Notes under the pieces: model-generated
The model's database searches: none
Told to the model about the DNA's origin: nothing
The model's input: the letters and a program-made list of their open reading frames with translations, nothing else
Program-made: the position numbers and the translations under genes
From: Sarea resinae
Lineage: Eukaryota
Assembly: GCA_026026165.1 (NCBI GenBank)
Contig: JAPEUD010000002.1
Location: forward strand, 682,001-746,000
Length of the DNA: 64,000 bases
Reading direction: 5' to 3'
Shown: positions 50,163-61,633 of the stretch, one piece after another
Position numbering within the stretch: position 1 is the stretch's first letter
Layout: each line of letters begins with the position of its first letter

Positions 50163-51005
50163 TTTCTCTGGGAAGTGCTTGTCTTTGCTATGCGGTTTTG
50201 GTTTCTTGATGATGGGATGAAGGTGAGGAAATGAGGAAAGAAGGCTAGGGATAATCCTCTTTCCAACTACTTCGATTATGTCAGGATCAAATTGAGCCCA
50301 GAGGAGAGCTGCTGCTTGGTCTATAATGCATTGTGATATCAATATCCTCTTTTCGATCTTGTTTGGTAGAGAAGAGGTGCATGGAGGTAAATAGTACTGC
50401 AACCCTGAACTGTTTTCCCACCTTAGGTTACAACCTACTGCAGTAGTAAAAAAAGGTCGATGCGGCGCCCCAAACCCATGCTGCACAAAATACATGTCTC
50501 TAGGTCCCTGGAAGCGTTTTCTCATTGTAAAAGATACCAAGACTGAAGTATCATCTAGTAAACCCACCGTACCGGCTGCTACCGCACCTCCATCCATCCA
50601 TTCTCGGCTTCCCATGATCGAGCGATCCACCTCAGCTTCATCAAACCCATCCCCTCCAACAAAACCCATCCCTTAACAGAGGTAAAAAACCCTTGACCAT
50701 ATTCAGACGTAGTTTGGCAGATCTCCACGCACCTCTATCCATGCCTAGATGGAGATCCATCTTGATCTGAGTTGCTTCTCCATCTTTTGCTACCTACCTA
50801 CATAGCACAACCGCGCACCTCAATTTCGCATACATACACACGATTCCTCAGCCATCCCTACATTATTGTATGGCAACAGTGCTAGAACCGGCCGAACAAA
50901 CCTTACGACCATCGGTTCTCCGAAGAATGGCCCGTTCGTGATTGATTGATTGATTGCTTCAGTCAAACAACTCACCCGAGACCGACATCGACCCAGCCGT
51001 CAGCC

Positions 51006-52790
51006 ATGGCTGATCCCGAAGACACCCCCAGCTTTCGCCTTGGCCGGCCCCCAGCATTCCTGCCCATGGTGGATGAAGTGGTCGCGACCAGGGGCCATCA
51101 TCTGCCCTCCATAATTCACAACCGCTCTTCTGCATCGTTATACGATATGCGGTCTCAGACGCCGCGCAGGGCAGGCTCCGTCCACAACGGAAGTCTGTGG
51201 GATGAGGAATCAGAAGGAGACTTTTGGAGGACAGACAGCGGACCTAAAGACGAGCAGCGAAGAATGAGTCTCGGAATGCAGGCTCTCTTGGCGCCTCAGA
51301 TGAGAAGTATGCGATTGATTGGGAACAGCAATCCCAGGTATCAATGGTTCGTTAGACCGCATGCGATGACTTAGAACCAGATTTAACGATGAGGATTGTA
51401 TAGGGAGCAGTATCTGAAGAGTGAAGAAGAGCTGAAGGATATGAAGACCTCAATGTATTCATCTCTTTCCCTTTTTATATTTTCATCACCGCTCACCGAC
51501 TTCATAGACGAAAATACTACGAGCGAAACAACTTCCTAGTCCGGCAGTATATGTACATCGACCGCCTTCTTGATTCATCGCTTCCTCACAACCTCATCCA
51601 AGAGTACAATCAACCCTCGGTAGACGTTCCTAATACCATCAGCGAAGAGTCTGCTGCGTCTTCTGAAGACGAAGATGTTTTTCGGAAAGCCAGCAAAGCT
51701 TCTGGAAATGGTCCTGTCAAAATCAAACGAACCCCTAAAGCGCTCTATACCGTTCCGTCTGATGAAGAAACTCCTCTTCTTGATGGAGCGCCTGATGATG
51801 TGGTGGCTGCCCATCAAAAGCATGATCACGGGGACAGAGATGTTGTCGAGAGCAGCGACACCGTCGTCACAGTAGCGATTTATATAAACCTCGTCGCCAA
51901 TGCCGTTCTACTAGCCGGAAAACTTGCGGTGATCATTCTCACAAGCTCCTTATCTGTTCTTGCCAGTCTAGTGGACGCAGCTCTTGATTTCCTGAGCACT
52001 GCGGTCGTATGGACTACGACTAGAATGATTGCTCGGAAGGATCAATATGCGTACCCCGTTGGCCGACGTCGACTAGAACCGATTGGTGTCTTGGTATTCT
52101 CCGTCATCATGATCACCTCCTTCTTTCAAGTTCTCTTGGAATGCCTGAATCGTTTGACTTCCGGCGATCATTCGATTGTTGAACTCACACTTCCAGCGAT
52201 TGTCATCATGGCCGCAACCGTTGTCATTAAATTTGCTTGCTGGCTCTGGTGTCGCTTGATCAACAATTCGAGTGTACAGGCACTCGCTCAAGATGCAATG
52301 ACAGACGTTGTGTTCAACATATTCAGTATCATCTTTCCATTGGGTAGGGAACTCGAATGCGCGTAGAGGAGGCACATGCTGACGACTGATAGTTGGGTTT
52401 TATGCCAAAATCTGGTGGCTCGACGCTCTGGGCGGGATGCTCCTCTCGCTATATGTTATCATCAACTGGTCCCGCACCTCCGCTGCGCACATTCGCAACC
52501 TCACCGGTGCCGCTTCGACGCCGGACGAACGCAACGTGCTTCTGTACCTTACCATGCGCTTTGCCAAGACCATCAAACAGATACAAGGAATTCAGGCGTA
52601 CCACGCAGGCGACAAATTAAATGTCGAGGTAGATGTTGTCTTGGACGAGTTCACCAGTCTGCGAGACAGCCATGATCTAGGAGAAAGCCTTCAGTATTTG
52701 CTCGAAAGCGTGCCGACCGTTGACAGAGCATTCGTACATCTGGACTATGCGGGGTGGAATATTCCAAGTCATATGTCACAGCAGGACTAG
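51006..52790 (+). CDS. cation diffusion facilitator, Mn-CDF type (multi-exon)
   Basis: MRSMRLIGNSNPRYQW; SLSVLASLVDAALDFLS; YPVGRRRLEPIG; ALAQDAMTD; AYHAGDKLNVEVD; HDLGESLQ; VDRAFVHLDY. Confidence 0.92.
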
Positions 52791-55700
52791 CTCTTGCGCA
52801 AGTATTTGTTCATGAAGCTCTTGCTGAGATACCATAGGCGCTCGTGTGTGTCTCTCGTTGTCGGTTATGCTTGTATTCTGTTGTAGGGAGATATCCCAAG
52901 ATACCATATATACCGAGTGTATCTCAAGTGCATGTTTGCAAAGATCGTGGAAATTCAAAGGTTTATGAGGATCGCGTGATTCGAGCCGCATCATGTTGAC
53001 CCACTGACACGTTGGGACTCCCGTCATCTCACCATCTAAACTTACCTTACTCCCAACCAAATTAGCTACCTACCTACTTACCGTATGAACATACACTCAA
53101 GGTAGTGGATGTACTTCAAAAACAGTTGTCTCGATGCCTAAATGTCTACTCCAGAGTACTTCCTAGAAATGTTTGAGACACTTGAAAGCTGCATCTCAAT
53201 CCTCGGGCACTCTGAAACAGGACGGTATAGTCATGGTCACTAAATTAATCTTAGCAATTCGCTTCATACCCGGTATTCACATACATCACAGAGACGCTAT
53301 TTTGAGTTTATACGAGATTATCTGTCAATCTCGTTACTCGCATCTAGCACGAGAACCGCATCCAGATATTCTGATTGAAGGGTATTGAGCATGGCCCAAA
53401 GTTGCATACAAGGTACAGTCAATCTTTAGGACAACCATTTCAATTTCAAAGTTCGTCTAGATAGTGTGGGTTTTACATTGGAAGCGCAGGGCCCACCGTA
53501 GGGAAGACGTTCAATGAAGAAGAAGACTGGATAATAAGTTGAATCCAGGGGACTTTATAGTTGTATTACTGCGAGTAGAGCATGCTGTCAATTCACGAAC
53601 ATGCTGAGATTGTTAGGGTTCGAGACTATCTGGAGACTGGCAGGGTGCCTCGCTACTCTTTCGACAATACTTTAACCTTCACATCCCTTTACATCCCCTC
53701 ACCACAAGGCGGCCGATATGACCTTATTATTCTCTATTCATCGATAGCAAATTCCCTTCATCCCCTCTATGATCTACCATCTCTGGTACCCTCTTTAACC
53801 CTCAACCAGAATCAACTTTTCTAACCCTCCATTCGGGCTCTAACAACTCTCTCGATATTCGTACGTAGAAGAAGCCAGCTCACTACTATCTACTGAGCAA
53901 TCGAAATATCAGGAGTAATGCTGACAGCAAGCCAACATCATATCACGCCTGGCGAAAAGAAGAATTTTAGGTCTCTCTGGTCTCCGCGGATGTTACCAGC
54001 GACTGACAAGCGGACTCTAGTTTCAATCGCAGGAGCACGTCCGGACCGGAGAGCATTGGTTCGGCAGGCTGTCGCAGCTCTTTGCTGACGCTGGCCGGTT
54101 ACCTTGGTCCCTGGCGATCGGGCTTGTTATGTGTGATGGATGTTCCTTCTCGGTCAATAACGCCGAAGGCGAGCAAGCATGTGAACCCAGATTGGTCGGA
54201 TGGTGCGGCCTATCACAGGTCCAGCACTAGACGATAGAAGATCATCAGATTCACGGAGAAAGAACGAAAATAGAGTAGTCCACCAGTATCATCACAAGCA
54301 ATCAAAAAAGTTCCGCCACCGCTGGAGAGCTAGGAGATGCGAACCATCTGCTACCTACCATAGTATGTACCCGAGGGTGTAGGTAGCTCGCGCTGTAATG
54401 CCTCGACAAGGTATCGCCGCCTCCAAACCTTTCCTGGTCTGATTATGCAAGATCGTACACCGTCTGGTAAGAGTATCACTCGGTGCGCGGTACGAAAATC
54501 CACAACGATCCATGGCCGGATGCAAGGCCAGCGACAGGATCGACGAGAGCAGGGTTGCATGGAACGACCGTGGCGGTGGTTTCCCTGAAGTGGAGTGAAG
54601 TCTACTACGAGTACTATGAATAAATATGTATGGTGTACGAATGTGGTGTACAAATACTGAGGTATGTATACGTGCGCATGCTCCGTACACGGATAGACCA
54701 CACGGTCGCTTCTCTACTAGGTAAGGTAAGTGAGGTATGTAGCCTCGTTCGGCCAATCTACGGGCTCCCGGGGTTTAGGTTAGCAGCGCAGCTTCAGCCT
54801 CACCGAGCAATCAATAGGTTAGGTACCTACGCTCTCGCCCGCGTCGATCTGTAGGGCAAGGCGGGCCACCGCGATGATCATGCCGAGGGAATCTTTTGAT
54901 GATCGGAAAAGGACCGCGTTCGCAAGGTGCCTACTACTGACTGCTCATGAAACGCTTACGGAGTGTCCGGAACAATGGGACGATGCAGAGGCCACTGAAG
55001 ATTGCTGCATCACTGTTTCGTATGGAGCCAGACCATGAGGGCTGTTATTGCAGGTTGGATCGAGACGGTTCGATTTGGGTCGCTCCTCGAATGCCCATGG
55101 AAGTCGCCACTGGGACGTGATTTTAGCTAGAGAGCTCGAACGTTCGGGCTCGGTCTCGGTCCTGGTTGGGCTCACGTGGCCAGGCAAAGGAAGAGCGAGT
55201 GCACAGTGCAGAGGGCAGAGTGCAGGGCAGAGGGCAGACCCCAGCCGATAAGTCCCATTTGCATCTCCGTACTTTGCACGAAGTACTATTGATGTATGTA
55301 CTCCGTACAGTACCTTTACCGCCCACCAACGACGCCTTACTCCGGCCTCTATTCGTAACATTGGACCCTCACACACCAGGAGGATGGATCTCATTCCTTG
55401 CCTCCCCTCCCCTACCCTGCCCTGCCCTGCCCTTTCCTCGTCCCGAGGTCGCACAGCCACATTTCAATCTAGGATCCCTGCTCGAGCCCTCCCTGATCCC
55501 TTCAGCAATGGCCACTGCTCTACGAACCCTCGCTCCATCCTCGACAGCAAAGGGCGTCGACGGTACTTGGTGTGTTAGGGGGCGGCAATACTCTAGTCTA
55601 CTTCGTCCATACCTGGGTACCTCGGGTACGACGCCCCCCCGCTAGCTAGACACAGAACGACCCTGCGCGATGGATGAAATCCCTCTCTAGTACTATGTAC

Positions 55701-58700
55701 TCTTGTCGTACCTTGAGGGCCTGTGTATTCGTACTCCCGAGTGCAGTGGTGGGGACGCTCCGCATGCTGTGCTGGAGAATGGACCGGTGAGCTTTGGTTG
55801 TGTAATCAGATGAGGTACCTCTCGTATAGATTCGCTACCCTGAGCTACTTTCTTACGAGAGAGCATTCTCGTATTCTTCGTTCGAATGGAACTCTTCGGT
55901 GCAGTGAAGGTAGCGAGTGGGGGAAAGGGTCGAGATGGTTTCCCGATAGTGCTGCATAGTCTTGCATAGTTTTGCATGGGACGCCACAGCGGAAATCTGG
56001 CCAGGGCCATCGGTCCCAGCGTCCCTTGGTCTGGTCTCCACGTCTGCAGGTCAGCGTGGCGGAAAGTGAGTCCGTCCATTGAGGGCAGCGGCTTCGGCAC
56101 TGCGTACCAGTACGGTACCTCCACTCCACCATGCCATGCGGCCGGCGCCTTGTGCCTCGACTCGCGCACGTCTCTCGTTAGGAGCACCGCCCCGTCGTCC
56201 CTAACTCGAGTAGGCCTCACTACTCGTAGGCATCCCTCGCTCCACTGCCAACCAGAACCGCCAGACTACGCACCGGCTCCTACCCTTAGGGCCCTCGTAG
56301 CTCGCGGCCCAAGGCAAGACTTTCCCATCAGACGAACGCTGATTCACCGGCAGCGAAAGGGGACGGGAAAGTCGAAATTACCATGTCCCCAAGGGCTTCA
56401 AGCCTGACAACCGCCCCAAATGCGAGTCCAAAGTACTTTCTCTGTACCTCTGCCTCCGAAATACCTCACTCTTCACTCCTCCACCCTCCCTGGGCCCCTC
56501 CCTTGTCCTGACCGCGATCCCTTCCTCCCTCCGCCCCCACCCCCGGCCCCCCGAAGAAGACCAGCCTGGTCGAGCCCCCGACCTGCGCGCGTACCTTAGC
56601 AAGATAGACTGCGAGTACTACAGAGTAGGAGTTAGGTACTCACAGGGACAGAGTACTGCTATTCTCGACCCATACCCACTGCACCTGAGCCTGCACCTGC
56701 ATCTCGACCTCCTACTTTGCCTCTCCGAAGACTGTTTGGGCCCTTCTCTTGCGACGGACGCTACCTTACCTGCGCTACTAGCAACATAGCCGCAGCGCCG
56801 TTATCTGGCCGGTCGATGATAGTCCTTTCCTGAAGAAATGGCCCGCCCTTCAAGGCTATTCGACCTAGGCCTCGAGACAGGCAGGCCTAGACGACTCTCT
56901 CCCCCTCCCCCTCCCTGCCTTCCCCCCATCTCCCCTACAGTCCTACGGGACATTGGGTATGGAGTGACCAGTGGAGGTACCAGCTAGGTACTGCGTGCAG
57001 TAGAGTAGACGGATCTCGAGTTTCTTGATCCCTGACCTGACAGGTTACGCCACTGGTGCGTCTCCGGGGAGGATCGCGAATTGCGGCAGCGGACCTGACG
57101 GTCCTTGTTGGTGCACTCCCTCGGAGGCGAACTCCACAGACGCCATCATGGATGCTTCGATAACCTAATTGTAGGACGTGGCTGGCCAACTCGTGGGCCC
57201 GTTGCTTGCGGCGAGACGTGCCAACTAACGTTCAACTGCGCTGGCCTAGTCATCGGTCCCATGATTCTGCGTTTTCAGGTACAACTCCGACTCCATCTGA
57301 CGGCTACTTTATGAATTGGACATCTGGAGCCGGAGCAAAGACCAAATCATGTCCTTTATCTGGCAGCGGTAACACCACCATCCAATTGAACTTTGCTCTG
57401 CCCCTCAAGGTCAACCTTCAATTCCCTGCCCCTCCCCGAATTGAGGCATCCAGAGAACGGCACCGACGTCAAATTGCGTCAACTGGGGACCCAGCTCGGC
57501 ACCAACGTGAACGACTCATCGAGAGCTACGGATCGAAGTGGCAGCCGGGTGGCGAGTTCGGTCAGGTACGCTCTGTAGCCTGTGATTCTCCCCGGTGCTA
57601 GTGTTGCCCTGTGGAAAAAGACGAAGTAAGCGCATCCGTCAGGGCTTGCAAAGGACGCAGGGTCTGGCTCGTTCGGGGCTATTCGGTCCAAAACTGAAGT
57701 CTACTCTACCCGACCTGGCTCAAGGCCCTCGAGCGTTCATCTAAGCTTTGGTTATAGGGCTATTGATGTATACTGTCCTCGTGCCTCCCACATGATATCT
57801 CGGGGTTCTCGACAGTCAACATACCCTCTTCATTCCGTCTTGCATTCCCAGACGGCCGACTAAGGGTTCAGGGGTCTGATGTTGGTCGGTGGCTGCTACT
57901 GCATCGACACTCGCCACACCGTCACATCCCTGGCAAGGTCCTCGAGATAAATCCATCGACTCGATTCATCTTTGGTCATTCGGCCACGTTTTACTAGCAG
58001 AACATCGTCCCTGACGATCGCCTACCAGCCCTCTCTCTTCGGGACCCAACAACTTCTTCTCAGCTCATGCACCGCGACTACGTTCGAACGTCACCGAAAG
58101 CCCGGGGCCGATCCGATCTCCGTCCAATCAGTCTCCGCTACCCGCTCTCGCTGCCACCGGTTTGAAGCACACGGTGCATTCGAGGCTCCAAACCCACCTC
58201 CCGCCGTGGATTACCTTAGTCTCCTGACGTCCCGCATTTGTTCGGATCATTGTGTGGTCATCACGGTTGTTTTAACCGACCCCGTGTGTGGCTTCCCCAA
58301 GGTTGCTTGCTTGACTATTAACCTTTATTCTCATTTGCTATACGCCTGCCCGCCCAATCAGTCGGGCTGATCTTTTGGCCAACTTCCTTCTTGGCTGTCT
58401 TTCAACAACATTCCGTGCTTTTGGCCCGTGCGAGCTCATCGATCTTCGCAACCCTTGTCTTGCCGCTCAGTCGGGCTTCCCATGGTTTCTTGATCGGCAC
58501 TTGGCATTTACTTCTATATTCTTTCCCCGTGTACATCATTTCTTTCTCCGCGAATTGTCATCATCCGAGCGTTCTCTTGCAAGACCATTTCGCAGAGGCT
58601 TCCACGACTCATCGATTACCATTTGAACCAGGAGGCAACAAAAGACTGAAGGTATGATCTCGCTGTCATGACGTTCTGGGTTGAGAATTCAATTTCAATC

Positions 58701-58763
58701 ATGATGACTATGAATTCCATTCAACATTGATCTAATATCATATACAGCAGGTGAGAACAGAAT

Positions 58764-61103
58764 ATGGGTGATGTGGCTGGGGACGACGGCCGAGAGGCTC
58801 TGGACGGCCAAGCTGATCATGGGCCGGGTCCTTCACCAGCAGCAGACGATTTACGATACACCTCAACTCCCCACTTGATGTCCGGCGCTGGCGGCGAGAA
58901 AGCAGGAGCTGGACCGGCAGGAAGGGGCTCATCGCAAGGCAACTATGCTTCACCTCAAGTTCCTTATCAAGCGCCAAGTCTAGGAGCTGAAAGCGACCCA
59001 AGTCAAGGACGAGGGATGCCTTTTAACATGGGATCCATGAGTGGTACATTACCGAATTATCAGTCGCCTCAGATGGCGCAGACGTCTGGGCAGCGACATC
59101 TTCCCCCACAGCGTTTTGCGACTGGCGTTTCTGCACCCGGACTGCTCTATCAGGTATCTCAATTTGCGAGTCAAGTGGCGCCTGGATACCCAGACAACCC
59201 AGCCTATCATCCACAATACCCTACTCAGCAATACCCTGGTGTGTATGCGCAGAATCCGGCTCTAAATGCCGGTGTTCAAGGCTATCCTCAGCTGGTCCAA
59301 CCCCACCAGGCGCGAAATGTCCAAGCAGCCTATCCTCCCTCGTCCTGGATACCACAGCAACCTGCTCAACAGCCTTACTATGTCTATCCGGCGTCATACG
59401 GTCAACAAGGGCAGTCTCCTCAGCCATACCACAATCAGCAGAATCTTTACCCAACACAATATACGCAGAAGTCGAGCTTTCCGCTTGGACAAAGCCCAAC
59501 TAGACGACAGGAACGCGAATCGGTCCCAACAGCTAATCCCATGTATGGCGCTTCTGGCAGGCTCGCACCAGGGACTACGATATCTCCCATCTATGGGCAA
59601 GGTGCAGGTCTTCTTAGACCAGACGGTATGCCGGGTAAGATAATCCTTCTGATCGTTGTGGTGGCATATGAGCTGAAGACCGACAAGGCGATCTTAGCGG
59701 CCAGAATGCAGGATCCAGTCCTATTGGCTCAGCATTACCTCGTGGTCCTCCAAGGAAACCAAAGCAGTCCGGACACGCCCTGTGGGTGGGAAATCTGCCT
59801 CCAGGAGCGAACGTTATGGACCTGAAAGATCATTTTTCCAAGGAGGCTACGTCGGACATAGAGAGTGTATTCTTGATCTCGAAAAGCAACTGTGCATTCG
59901 TCAACTACCGGACCGAGGGAGCCTGTGCCGCAGCCATGAGCCGGTTCCACGACTCCAGGTTCCAAGGTGTACGACTAGTCTGCCGCCTCCGCAGAAGCTC
60001 AGCCAGTCCCATTTCAGGGGTCCCCACGGGGCCTTCTGCATCGCTCCCGGGAGAAGCTAGTCCTGGACCGCGAGCCTCAACTCCAGCATCGAAAGAAAGT
60101 GAAGGTTCAGCCGTAGACGGAATCAGCTCGCCCGAACAAGACTCAGCCGACGAGCGCAACGATCCCTCGGCGAAAGTGTTGGAGAAGTTCTTCATCGTCA
60201 AAAGCCTGACGATGCAGGACCTCGAAACAAGCGTGCGAAACGGTATCTGGACCACTCAGGCGCACAACGAAGCTACACTGAACAAAGCTTTTGCCGTAAG
60301 TCTACAGCCCCCTCTACACTAGACTGTCAGGATTTCTAATTTGCAACCCGTGTCCTCAGTCTGCCGAAAACGTCTACCTGATCTTCTCCGCTAACAAGTC
60401 CGGGGAATACTTTGGCTACGCCCGCATGGCCTCTCCCATCGTCGAGGATGCCTCCGCCGCCATCGAATGGGCGCCCAAAGCCTCTTCCTCATCCGCAGCC
60501 GCAATAGCAGAAGTTTCGGACCTGCCCAAGGCCATCGTCACTCCAGCAACCGCGTTCGCGCCCAAAGGTCGCATCATCGACGATTCCGCGCGTGGTACGA
60601 TCTTCTGGGAAGCCGATGAGGACGGAGCCGAGGCAGAGTCGGAAGATGACATTAGCTGCACCAACAACAAGGACAAGGACAAAGAAAGCGGCGACGAGAC
60701 CTCGGAGACGGCATCCACCTCGGCCTCGGACCAGCAACAACAACAACAACAGCAACAGCAACAGCAGCAGCAGGACAACGCGGTGACGCCCGACCAAGCA
60801 TGGGGCCGGCCGTTCAAGATCGAATGGCTCTCCACCAACCGTCTTCCCTTCTATCGCACCCGCGGCCTGCGCAACCCCTGGAACGCCAATCGCGAGGTCA
60901 AGATCGCCAGGGACGGGACCGAGTTGGAGACGAGTGTCGGCAAGAGGCTCGTGCAGATGTTCAATCGGTTCACCAATTCGCCTGGGGGGCTCGGCGTTGG
61001 TGCGCAGGTACCCCCTCCTGGTGCGGGTGCGGGGCCCGCTGGTGTCGCCATGCCCGTGCCGTTGCCTATGGGGTATCCGCCTTCCATGCCACAGCCGTAC
61101 TGA
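58764..61103 (+). CDS. RRM plus YTH domain RNA-binding protein (YTHDC1/Mmi1-related), 3 coding exons
   Basis: RRM LWVGNLP...SNCAFVNY; YTH FFIVKSLT, IWTTQAHNE, NVYLIFSANKSGEYFGYARM, WGRPFKIEW, RNPWNANREVKIARDGTEL. Confidence 0.92.
60732..60773 (+). repeat. CAA/CAG tract encoding Q14 inside the YTH domain insert
   Basis: Read directly from the sequence. Confidence 0.95.
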
Positions 61104-61633
61104 GGGGCGGATTTTGGGTAGAAGGAGAGAGCGTGGAGTGAGGAAAATGGGTGTTTGTGCGTGTGTGTGTGCGTGGCTGGAGGGCGAGGGGTCACGGAGG
61201 ATGCCTTCCTAGGGAGCATTTCATCAAGCATGCATGCGTTCACTGAACCTAGAGGGAACGAGAAGCGAGAATGAGAAAGAGACCGAGAAAGAGAATGAGA
61301 AAGAGAAAGAGAGAGGAAGCAAGCGGTTTAGGCATGCCGTGTGTACGTTCTGATCGAGCCGGTTGGTTGTTTGAGCCGAGTGAAGCCAGTGCTATTGTTA
61401 CAATGAGAAGAATTGAACCCGTACGTATTCCCAAGCCATGACTGACTGACCATGTACGAGATTATGCTGTTAAAGGAGCTGGAAGGGGCCTTGATCCGAA
61501 TATACTATAACCCTTCTAATGGAAGGTTCAACCCGCCACCCCCGCTAAGCCATTTCCTTCTTTCCATGAGTCGCTTTGTTTCTCACTCACTCATTTCCCT
61601 CTCCACCCTTCCCCTCAAGCCACACCCAAAACC

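Noticed and set aside
50136..50669. 177-aa minus-strand ORF
   Set aside because: Only its last 8 codons correspond to the pseudogene start; the rest looks non-coding.
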